In this document: one piece after another, positions 1 to 7,923 of the stretch
Numbering within the stretch: position 1 is the first letter of the stretch
How the letters are laid out: every line of letters begins with the position of its first letter
Assembly (NCBI GenBank): GCA_918797485.1
Contig: CAKKNE010000004.1
Coordinates: forward strand, 3,286,001-3,350,000
Direction: 5' to 3'
From: Pelagomonas calceolata
Taxonomy: Eukaryota
Length of the DNA stretch: 64,000 nucleotides
Notes under the pieces: generated by a model
Told to the model about the DNA's origin: nothing
The model's database searches: none
What the model saw: the letters and a program-made list of their open reading frames with translations, nothing else
Made by a program: the position numbers and the translations under genes

Positions 1-828
1 TCGCCGCCGTGGCTGAAGCGCTGCGGCCTCGAGCCGGGCTGGAGCCGGCCGTACACGGACCCCGACACGCAATCGGTCGTCATAAGCTTCGTCGCACCGC
101 TCGTGCGGGACGGCAAGGTCGTCGCCGCCGTAGCGGCGGGCTCGATCCCCGTCGGAGCGCGTGCAAGCAAGAAGCGGCCCGCGGCGCCCGCGTGGCTCTC
201 CGTGACGGAGCCGCGCCTGCGGAGCCGACTCCTGTATCCGAATCCGGTTTGTTTGCTGACGACGTGGGGCGAGGTCGACGGCTCATGGCGCAAGAACGTC
301 ATGACCATCTCGTGGCTGACGTGCCTGAACAACGACGCCGACGTCCTCCTGTCGATCAACGCGCGGCGGCACAGCGCCGCGGCGGTGCTGTCCGGGCGGG
401 CCTTCGGCCTCTCCGTGCCGACGTCCGATCTGGCGGCAATGGTTCTGAAAATCGGCGCCTGCTCCGGCAGTAAAACGGACAAGCTCGCGACGGTCGAGGG
501 CTTGGCCGCCGTCGAGGCCGACGCAGAAGCCAAGGCCGGCAAGGGCGGCTTCGCGGCGCTCATGAGCGACTCGTCGGACGACGACGACGGCGTCGCGGCG
601 CCGCCGGACGCGCCATGGTTCGTCGAGGGCTGCGTCGCGCGGCTGGCCTGTGTGGTGGAGAGGCGCCTGACAGAGGGCGAGGACCACCACGTCGTCGTCG
701 CCAAAATCACGGACGCGTCCGTGCGCGAGGACTACTGGGACGGCAAGACGTTCCGCGCGCCCCACGGCCGGGCGCCTTTCTTGTCTTTCCTCGGGTCGCA
801 GAGCTTCGGGCACACAGTTCAATCATAA
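1..828 (+). CDS. 5'-truncated gene: dCache_1-like sensor segment fused to flavin reductase-like (FMN-binding split barrel) domain
   Basis: Frame 1 is open from base 1: SPPWLKRCGLEPGWSRPYTDPDTQSVVISFVAPLVRDGKVVAAVAAG (Cache-like W-S-x-P-Y-x-D...VIS...P...DGK). This is followed by LLYPNPVCLLT, NVMTISWLT, FGLSVP, IGACSGSKTDK and EDHHVVVAKI, typical of Flavin_Reduct proteins. Confidence 0.75.
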   Translation, partial: SPPWLKRCGLEPGWSRPYTDPDTQSVVISFVAPLVRDGKVVAAVAAGSIPVGARASKKRPAAPAWLSVTEPRLRSRLLYPNPVCLLTTWGEVDGSWRKNVMTISWLTCLNNDADVLLSINARRHSAAAVLSGRAFGLSVPTSDLAAMVLKIGACSGSKTDKLATVEGLAAVEADAEAKAGKGGFAALMSDSSDDDDGVAAPPDAPWFVEGCVARLACVVERRLTEGEDHHVVVAKITDASVREDYWDGKTFRAPHGRAPFLSFLGSQSFGHTVQS

Positions 829-832
829 AAAT

Positions 833-1333
833 TTATTCGGCACTAGGCTTGTCGAGCCCGCCATCCAAGTCGGACAGGTCGACGTCGTCATCGCTGTCCG
901 GCTCGTCGGCCGCCACCGCGCTAGCTGGCGCGAACGAATCCGCGCCCTGTAACGCCGACATGTCGAAGGCGCCCGCGTCGTCCTCCTCGTCCTCGTCGAC
1001 GTAGCGGCTCCAGTCCGTGGCCACGTGTCTCTTCTCGAAAACTTTATCATTTGTCAAACGGCACCAGTGGTCCGCCTCCTGGTCCTTCTTCACGACGTGC
1101 ATCTGGATCGACCTCCCATGCACCTTCCAGACCGACTCGTCGGGGAGGACCTCGGCCGCGAACGTGACGTCGAAGGCGTACTTCTTCTCGTCGGCGTCGC
1201 ATTGGAATTTTAGAGTTGTGCTTTGCAAATCAACGGTAACGCCCGTCGCTTCGGCTACTTTTATCACAACGTACAAGCCGTCCTTGCGCTGGCTCCACTC
1301 GATGGGCGGTACTATCGTGGCCAGGGCTGCCAT
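833..1333 (-). CDS. p23/Sba1 Hsp90 co-chaperone (CS domain)
   Basis: PPIEWSQR, W-x-RLT, TDWSRYVDEDEE motifs and an acidic tail; 166 aa. Confidence 0.9.
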   Translation of the reverse strand: MAALATIVPPIEWSQRKDGLYVVIKVAEATGVTVDLQSTTLKFQCDADEKKYAFDVTFAAEVLPDESVWKVHGRSIQMHVVKKDQEADHWCRLTNDKVFEKRHVATDWSRYVDEDEEDDAGAFDMSALQGADSFAPASAVAADEPDSDDDVDLSDLDGGLDKPSAE

Positions 1334-1514
1334 TTTTGGTGCTGGAGGCTGTCTTGGTCCTGGAGGCTGTGTAAGTGTCCGAAGCGATGGAGTGCTCTCT
1401 CAAGATTCGCGCAGAGCACCTCTGGCAAAGTCCTGCACCAGCACTGAAGCTCTATTGGCAAATCTGTGAGAGTTTGCACAGGTTCCAAGCCGCGGAGTTC
1501 CAGGGCATAATAAT

Positions 1515-1538
1515 GCTAGCGGCTTGTAAGACACTAGC
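1515..1538. promoter_or_regulatory. CTAG-bracketed intergenic motif copy (GCTAGCGGCTTGTAAGACACTAGC)
   Basis: Reverse-orientation copy of the recurring motif, in the divergent region between gene starts at 1333 and 1823. Confidence 0.65.
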
Positions 1539-1822
1539 ATGATTGCTCGGCTCTTACGCTCTTTGTATAGCGCAAGCGAGCAGCACAGCGGCGCGAATAC
1601 GAACCGTCGCGTCTATATTGACCCCGCAGCCCAGCCTGTGCCACTCGCTTGACCCGCGCTTGCCTCGGCGCGGTTTGCAGCAAGTGCTCTGGGAGAGTGC
1701 TCTGCGGTGAAGCTGTCGCAGCCCCGTGTCTCCAGACACGTGCACTGCACGAAGATTAACATATAACCGCTGCCAGACGCCATCGACGCGTGTTTTGGAA
1801 CGCACGGTATCTGCACGCGATA

Positions 1823-2728
1823 ATGGCGACCTTCGACGGCCTCTTCGATCCCGCAAAAGTAGCGGAGAAGCGCCGCCAGGACGCCGAGAAGCGCGAGGCG
1901 TTAGCCAGGATCAAGGCCTGGGCCGAGGAGCTGCTGCCGGAGCCCGCTCGGGGCCGCCTGAAGGTGACGGTGAACGAAGTTGTCTGTGGCGACCCGGCCT
2001 GCGCGCCGATCGACACGGTCGTGGAGTTCTGGGGCGAGCTGCGGACGGGGTTCGGCATGCCCTCGCGCGCGGCGGAGGTGACGCACGCGGACCTCGTCTC
2101 GTTTCTGCCGGACGAGGACGTGCTGGTCGCCTGGGCTAGAGGTTTTGACGCCGAGTGGCCCAAACCGGCGCCGCCGCCCGCGCTGAAGCCCGAGTTCTCC
2201 CCCGGAGACGACGTCGAGGCGTGGCTCGGTGGGCAATGGCAGCCGGCCATCGTCACCAGCGTATGGCACCGCGAGAAGGGCTGGCCGCTCGATGCGTACG
2301 TCCCTTATCGCGTCGACGTCGTGGACACGATGCGGACCTGCTACGCACCCACTGTGTCTCATGTCCGGGCGCGCCGCCGATCGCGGTTGCGCTCTCGGTC
2401 GCGCTCTCGCTCTAGATCGCGCTCGCGGTCCCGGGACCGCGGCGACCCGCCGGGCGCCGCGGCGAACGGCATATTCCCGACGCCGCACGAGCCCTCGTGG
2501 CGCTTCGACGTCGGCGAGCGGGTGGCCTGCAAGATGGGCGAAGACACGTGGCTGCCGGGCACCGTCGAGCTCCGCGACGAGCCGGACCCCGCTGCCTACC
2601 CGGGCTTCGCGCTGCTGCCCTACGTGGTCCGCATCGACGACGGCTTCCGCATGGTGTCGGCGGCGCGGGACAACGACGCGTTCATCGTCGCTGAAAGGGA
2701 CATGCCTGTGTCTGCGGAGGGCGAATAA
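1823..2728 (+). CDS. Hypothetical protein with CGDPACAP motif domain, RS-repeat linker and two Tudor/SH3-like barrels
   Basis: ATG at 1823. VNEVVCGDPACAPIDTVV; FSPGDDVEAW...WQPAIV...PYRV; RFDVGERVAC...WLPGTV...PYVVRIDDG. Confidence 0.7.
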   Translation: MATFDGLFDPAKVAEKRRQDAEKREALARIKAWAEELLPEPARGRLKVTVNEVVCGDPACAPIDTVVEFWGELRTGFGMPSRAAEVTHADLVSFLPDEDVLVAWARGFDAEWPKPAPPPALKPEFSPGDDVEAWLGGQWQPAIVTSVWHREKGWPLDAYVPYRVDVVDTMRTCYAPTVSHVRARRRSRLRSRSRSRSRSRSRSRDRGDPPGAAANGIFPTPHEPSWRFDVGERVACKMGEDTWLPGTVELRDEPDPAAYPGFALLPYVVRIDDGFRMVSAARDNDAFIVAERDMPVSAEGE

Positions 2729-2743
2729 ACTTAATAGTGTGAC

Positions 2744-3147
2744 TTACTCCTTCTTGGGGGCGGGCGCCGGTCGCCAGCGGGGCAGCTCAAGAAACTCGAC
2801 GACGACGTCGATGAGCTCCTGGGGGAGCTTCTCGCCACGGTCCATGAGCCGCGCGAGGACGGCCTCCTCTATGCGTGCCTGCTCGAAGGCGAGGTAGCCA
2901 CCCGCCTCGTGGAATTTTTCGAGCATGGCGCGATCGCTGGGCGAGAATCGGTCTGCCCATCGGTCACCAATATACATGTAGGGCCCACCGCCGCGACCCC
3001 TTTCGTAGGGGCGTTACCCGCGTGACGCTCAGGGTGACGGTAAGTGAGCCGTCTCGTCGCCGGGTGTCGAAAGTGTCGATTACTAAGGAGCACGAGCACC
3101 GCGAGTCCCGCCACGACTCCTGCGAGTAGCCGCCGCCCGGGATGCAT
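2744..3147 (-). CDS. Small hypothetical membrane-anchored protein (putative 65-nt intron 2953-3017)
   Basis: MHPGRRLLAGVVAGLAVLVLL signal-anchor-like start. A GTAACG...GCAG intron on the minus strand would join it in frame to the 2744-2977 ORF (112 aa total). Confidence 0.4.
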
Positions 3148-3313
3148 TGCAAGGCAGGCCTGGAACACTCTCTGAAACTCAGTGAGCCCCACGCGTTCTC
3201 AAGCCTTCCAGTGTTTATGTGGCACTCGTGCGGTCTGATGTCATTGCATGGTGGCGTATTTTTATGGCTACACCGCGCTACGCCGCGAAATCGGCAAATT
3301 GCTCGGCGTGTTA

Positions 3314-3336
3314 GCTAGCGGCAGTAAGATACTAGC
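3314..3336. promoter_or_regulatory. CTAG-bracketed intergenic motif copy (GCTAGCGGCAGTAAGATACTAGC)
   Basis: Matches the recurring motif; divergent intergenic region. Confidence 0.65.
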
Positions 3337-3621
3337 AAGCAAGCACTTTTTGCCGAGTCGGGAACCACCTCCCACGCCGCGCAGCGTTGTTCATTCGCTG
3401 GTGCGCACCTTCTCTGGGTCAATAGAGACCCAGCACCGAGCCCTGTGGGTTGACCAGGCCTACAGCGCACCGCTGTGCCCTCTCAAAGAGGTGCTGCTTT
3501 TGCATCGATTAAAACGCGACAGGGCGCCAAGACGGCACCAACACACATCCTGCTGCTCGCGGCGCTAGCCACGATCACCACAGCAAGGCTAGCGCCGCAG
3601 AAATCGAAACCGAGGCCACTC

Positions 3622-4971
3622 ATGGCGAACCTCGACGCCGGGAACGGCGACTGGCTCCGCTGGAGCGACGACGCGCCGCTCACGTCCGAGACGGGCGACG
3701 ACCGCGACCGCGCGACGCTCAAGGTCGTCAACGAGTGCTCGAAACCGCTCCACGTCCAGTGGGTCACGGCCGGCGGCAAACTGCGGAACCGCCGCCGCGT
3801 CGCGCCGGGCAAAGGGCGCTACGCCATCCTCGACAACTCCGTGAAGAACGAGCACACGGAAGGCACGCTTGTCGGGGACGCCTTCGTCATCTACGCGGGC
3901 CTCGACGACACGCCGCCCGAGACGCTAGAGGCGCTCGACACGGCGGAGATCGTGGGCTTCCTCGCGTGCACGGGGAAGGACCCGGCGCGGCCGCGCGTCG
4001 TCACCGTCGCCGACGCGGGCTTTTTTAGTGGTCTGGTCGGCGCGAAGACGCTCGTCGCCTCGCACACGGTCGGCGCTGCCCCTACGGAGGAGGACACGAA
4101 GCCGCTGCACCCCTACGTCTACAAGCGCGAGACGGCGTGCGGCATTATCATAGATGTGGACGACCGGTGCTACGAGCGGGGCGAGCGCGTGCGGGCCTTC
4201 GTCGCCGACTGCGAGGCCGCGGCCAAACGGCTCCCGAAGAACGCCGTCGCGGCGATCCGCGACGCGGGTTGTAGGATAGTGGTGCACGAGGAGACGGGCA
4301 AGTGGACGCATATGTGCTACCACCCGCGCCAGGGCCAATCGTGGCTCCGCGACCAGGGCTTCGACGAGAACTTGGCTGGGTGCGTCCAGCTCTACCGCCT
4401 CGACGACTACGCCGGCGACCGGGGCCTCTGGGGCCAGGGAGGTTCTATTGTGCACGAGCTCTCGCATGCCTACCACGACTGCTACCTACGAGACGGCCAC
4501 GGGAACAAGTTCATCGGGCGGCGCTACGACCGCGCGGTCCACGCCGAGCGGCTCTACGACGCTGTAAGGGTCAAGGGCCCCCAATCAAAGCCGCGCGACG
4601 CCGCCGAGCGGCGCCTGCTGTTCCTGCGCCAGACGGCGTGCGGCTGCATGGGCCGCGTCGATGGCGTGGCGCGGCGCCACTACGCCGCGACGAACGCGGC
4701 CGAGTTCTTCGCGGAGCTCTCGACGGCCTACCTGTGCCGCGACGACGAGGACTACAACAAGTGGGAGCCCCACAACCAGCGCCAGCTGTGGCAGTTCGAC
4801 CCCGAGACGTGCAAGTTACTGGAGCGCGTCTGGGACGACGGCGAGGCGCTCGACGACGACTGTGCCGACGAGCCGCCGCCTCCCCCGCCGCGGTCGCTGT
4901 GCTGCCGCGTGCTTCGGTGGGGGGCCGTGCCTTCGGTGGGGGCGGAAAGCGCGCGACGCCTAATTGTGTAG
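3622..4971 (+). CDS. Zinc metallopeptidase (HExxH) with N-terminal VHL-beta-like domain
   Basis: LKVVNECSKPLHVQWV...HTEGTLVGDAFVI (VHL-beta-like); IVHELSHAYHD; YAATNAAEFFAELSTAYL (MtfA/ATLF-like third ligand); WEPHN. Confidence 0.8.
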   Translation: MANLDAGNGDWLRWSDDAPLTSETGDDRDRATLKVVNECSKPLHVQWVTAGGKLRNRRRVAPGKGRYAILDNSVKNEHTEGTLVGDAFVIYAGLDDTPPETLEALDTAEIVGFLACTGKDPARPRVVTVADAGFFSGLVGAKTLVASHTVGAAPTEEDTKPLHPYVYKRETACGIIIDVDDRCYERGERVRAFVADCEAAAKRLPKNAVAAIRDAGCRIVVHEETGKWTHMCYHPRQGQSWLRDQGFDENLAGCVQLYRLDDYAGDRGLWGQGGSIVHELSHAYHDCYLRDGHGNKFIGRRYDRAVHAERLYDAVRVKGPQSKPRDAAERRLLFLRQTACGCMGRVDGVARRHYAATNAAEFFAELSTAYLCRDDEDYNKWEPHNQRQLWQFDPETCKLLERVWDDGEALDDDCADEPPPPPPRSLCCRVLRWGAVPSVGAESARRLIV

Positions 4972-5049
4972 TGAATGTCTTCAGTTCGAAATACAGAGCT
5001 TAGTGATGAGCCTTTTGCTCGAGAGGGAGACGCGGACCTTCTGCCCGTG

Positions 5050-7542
5050 CTAATTCTTCTTCTTGCGCCCGCGCTTGCCCCGGGCTTTGCCGCAGGTGTG
5101 CGCGACGTGCCGGCCCTCGCACGCCTTGCACGGCGGCCGCGGCCGCTCGACGCCGACCGGGACGCAAATCAAATCCACGTCGAGCCGGCCCTCGTCGCCG
5201 AAGGAAATGCTGCGCTTCCGGCCGGGGCCCGGCGAGAAGACGGCCTCGCCCGCGTCCGACCAGGCGATCTCCTCGACGCGCTCGGGCACCCAGGAGGCCG
5301 GCGACCGGGGCGCGGTAGACCGGTAGACCGGCGGCGGGGGCGGCGGCGCGCGGCCCGTCGGCAGCGTCCGGCGGACGCGGTAGTCGGGCGACGGCTCCGG
5401 CGACGACGGCGGCGACGGCCGGCGCGGCGGCGTGTCCGGCGCGCCGGGGACGAGCACCGCCGGCGAGAGCGGCCAGACGATGCCCGAGTGGTCGAGGCGG
5501 ACGTCGTAGCCCGGCGTGCGCAGCGAGACGACGGCGCCCGTCGGCTTGCCCTTGAAGTGCAGCACCTGGACGCGCTCGCCGACGCCGTACGACGCCGTGC
5601 CGTCGCCCGCCGCGACGCGCCGCGGGGGCGCGTCCGGCTGCGGCGGCCGCAGCACGTCGCGCCCCAGGTCCTCGGCCTCGAGCACCGCGAGCTCCTCGGC
5701 CGTGCGTCGGGCCTCGGCCGCGTCGTAGACGTCGCTCTCCACGTCTCCGGCGGCCGGCGCCGCGGCGGGGGGGTCCTCGTCGTCGTCGTCGACGGGGCGG
5801 AGCTCGTTGCCGCGGAAGCCGCGCTCGCGCTTGACGCCGCGGCTGAGGCGCACGGCCACGTCGAGCCGCACCGTGACCCAGCCGTTCGCCTGGACGGCGA
5901 CGACGACGCCGGCGGCGCCCGTCGGCGTGCGGACGCGCGCGCCGGCGACGACGCGCGGGTCGCGCGGCGGGCCCTTCTTCGACGCGCGGCGGCGCTTCGG
6001 CGCGGGCGGCGCCGCGGGCTCCGGCGGCGCCGCGGGCTCCGGCGGCGCCGCGGGCGCCGGTTCGGGCGCCGGCACCGCCTCCACCACCGAGAGGAAGCGC
6101 TCGGGCGTCGCCCAGATCAAACCGTCGTCGTCGTAGCGCACGCGCCAGACGCGGTCGGTGAGCGAGTTCCGCAGGCCGTCGACGACGTCGTCGGCGCCGC
6201 GCTCGACGACGGTGCCGCGGTACCGCGCCTCCGTGCCGACGCGCTTCACGAAGTTGGCGCCGAAGGCGTGCGGCGCCGCCTCGACGGCCGCGCCGACCGC
6301 GATGCGGCCGCCGTTACTGATATCGCTGGCTTGATCAAAGGGGCTTCCGAGGCCGCCGGCCGGCGCGTGCTTCGGAGCGCGCGGCGGCGGCGCGGCCGGC
6401 GCCGGCGCCGGCGCCGCGGCGTCGCCGTCGTCGCCGTCGCGCGACGCGGAGCGCGCGCGCTCGCGCAGCGTCTTCGCGCGGTCGACGTAGCGCTCGCGCG
6501 TCGCCGCGTCGGCGGACCGCCACATCTCGCTGAGGCGGTTCCGCACGGCCCGCTCCAAGTCGCCGGGGTGCTCCGCGCGCACGGCCGCCCGGTTGTCCTG
6601 GGCGAACAGCTCGCTCGGCCGCATGAAGCGCCGGCCCGGGCTCGGGTCCCGCGACCGCGGCCGCGCCGGCGCCGGCGCCGGCGCCGGCGCGTCCGGCGGC
6701 GACGGCGGCGCCGACACGGCGGCGCCCGGCGGCGGGCTCGCCGCGCGCCGCTTGCGCTTCTTGGGCGGCGGCCGGCCCGAGCCGTCCGACTCCGACGAGC
6801 TCCGCACCGTCACCTCGGGCACGGCGTCGCCGGCGGGCTCGGCCGCGTCCGACGCGTCCTCGTCCGCCGCGGGCGCGGGCGGCGGCGGCGGCGCGGCGGG
6901 CGCCTCGCCCCGCGCGGCCGCGAAGCGCCGCTTCATCGTGTCGAGGAACGAGCCGTCGTTCGCGATGGGCGCCGCGGGCTCCGCGCGGGCGGCGGCGAAG
7001 CGCCGCTTCATCGTCGCGAGGAAGGAGCCGTCGTTCGGGATCGGCGGCGGCACGGCGTCGAGCACGACCGGCGGCGTCGGCGTCCGCGCGCGGTCGAGCT
7101 CCGCGTCGGCGACGCCCTCCCAGGCGTCGGGCGGGCCGTGTCGGCGGTCGTAGGCGTCGGGCGCGGCCGTGCGGTCGAGCTCCTCGGCGGGCGGCAGCTG
7201 GTCGGGCGCGACGGCCTGGCGCCGCAGCCGCCAGCCGGGCCAGTCCGCGGCCTTGACGATGCCGGGGTAGCCGTTCGCGCCGAGCGACGCCTCGTCCTCG
7301 GCGTACTGCTTGGCGCCCGCGCGGAACTTGAACTGCTTGTAGGAGCTCGCGTGGCCCGCGGGCGGCGGCGGCGACGCACTGCGGTCGCGCTCGCGCGCGG
7401 CGCGCCGCTCGCCCCAGTGCGCCGCGCGCTCCTCTTCTTCGCGCATGGCGCGGCCCGCGCCCGCCGCCTCGGGGCCCTCACCTGGGCTCTCCCGTGCGGC
7501 GCGCGCCGCGGCCGCAGTCACAGCGCGGGGCGGCTCGTCCAT
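5050..7542 (-). CDS. Proline-rich nuclear protein with HMG-box-like domain, duplicated NDGSF motif, Tudor/KOW-like barrels and C-terminal Cys/His motif
   Basis: RPSELFAQDNRAAVRAEHPG...LSEMWRSADAATRERYVDRA (HMG box); 2x NDGSFLxTMKRRFAAAR; CKACEGRHVAHTC. Start codon uncertain (7542 or 7446). Confidence 0.7.
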   Translation of the reverse strand: MDEPPRAVTAAAARAARESPGEGPEAAGAGRAMREEEERAAHWGERRAARERDRSASPPPPAGHASSYKQFKFRAGAKQYAEDEASLGANGYPGIVKAADWPGWRLRRQAVAPDQLPPAEELDRTAAPDAYDRRHGPPDAWEGVADAELDRARTPTPPVVLDAVPPPIPNDGSFLATMKRRFAAARAEPAAPIANDGSFLDTMKRRFAAARGEAPAAPPPPPAPAADEDASDAAEPAGDAVPEVTVRSSSESDGSGRPPPKKRKRRAASPPPGAAVSAPPSPPDAPAPAPAPARPRSRDPSPGRRFMRPSELFAQDNRAAVRAEHPGDLERAVRNRLSEMWRSADAATRERYVDRAKTLRERARSASRDGDDGDAAAPAPAPAAPPPRAPKHAPAGGLGSPFDQASDISNGGRIAVGAAVEAAPHAFGANFVKRVGTEARYRGTVVERGADDVVDGLRNSLTDRVWRVRYDDDGLIWATPERFLSVVEAVPAPEPAPAAPPEPAAPPEPAAPPAPKRRRASKKGPPRDPRVVAGARVRTPTGAAGVVVAVQANGWVTVRLDVAVRLSRGVKRERGFRGNELRPVDDDDEDPPAAAPAAGDVESDVYDAAEARRTAEELAVLEAEDLGRDVLRPPQPDAPPRRVAAGDGTASYGVGERVQVLHFKGKPTGAVVSLRTPGYDVRLDHSGIVWPLSPAVLVPGAPDTPPRRPSPPSSPEPSPDYRVRRTLPTGRAPPPPPPVYRSTAPRSPASWVPERVEEIAWSDAGEAVFSPGPGRKRSISFGDEGRLDVDLICVPVGVERPRPPCKACEGRHVAHTCGKARGKRGRKKKN

Positions 7543-7923
7543 CGATTTCTCGCAGGAGTCGTCGTCAGCGATGAGAGGGCCAATCAAATCGGTGGCGCCC
7601 CGTCGGTTCGGGCGGCTGGTTAGTGCGCTGCAATGCGCTCCGCTTGGCAAATCGAAGGCCAAATCTCCCGGGTATTTCACCGAATCACGCATCGGTCGAC
7701 GCCAGGCAGGAACGCCCCAACACGCGACCCAGAAGAGTCCTGCGTGGATGGCTGCCAAAAAAACAAAAAGGGTTCTGCGTGCAGCGCGATCAGGCTCTCC
7801 GAGCCGGGCAGCCGGCTATGGATGGCAAATAGCTGCCCGAACTCGTCAGTGATCCTTCCTTGACACTACGCAACGCAGGGGCGGGTCCCGCGACGCAGCG
7901 TTTTCCCCGAGGGGGCACCGGTG

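Noticed and set aside
3475..3621. Signal-peptide-like stretch (HILLLAALATITTA) upstream of the peptidase ATG
   Set aside because: No in-frame ATG (the ORF track starts at a GTG); cannot be supported without transcript data.
4975..7623. 882-aa plus-strand ORF and the many other long Arg/Gly/Ala-rich overlapping ORFs (e.g. 7846-9654, 54942-56360)
   Set aside because: Antisense or shifted shadows of GC-rich genes; no domain motifs, and the opposite frame carries recognisable ones.
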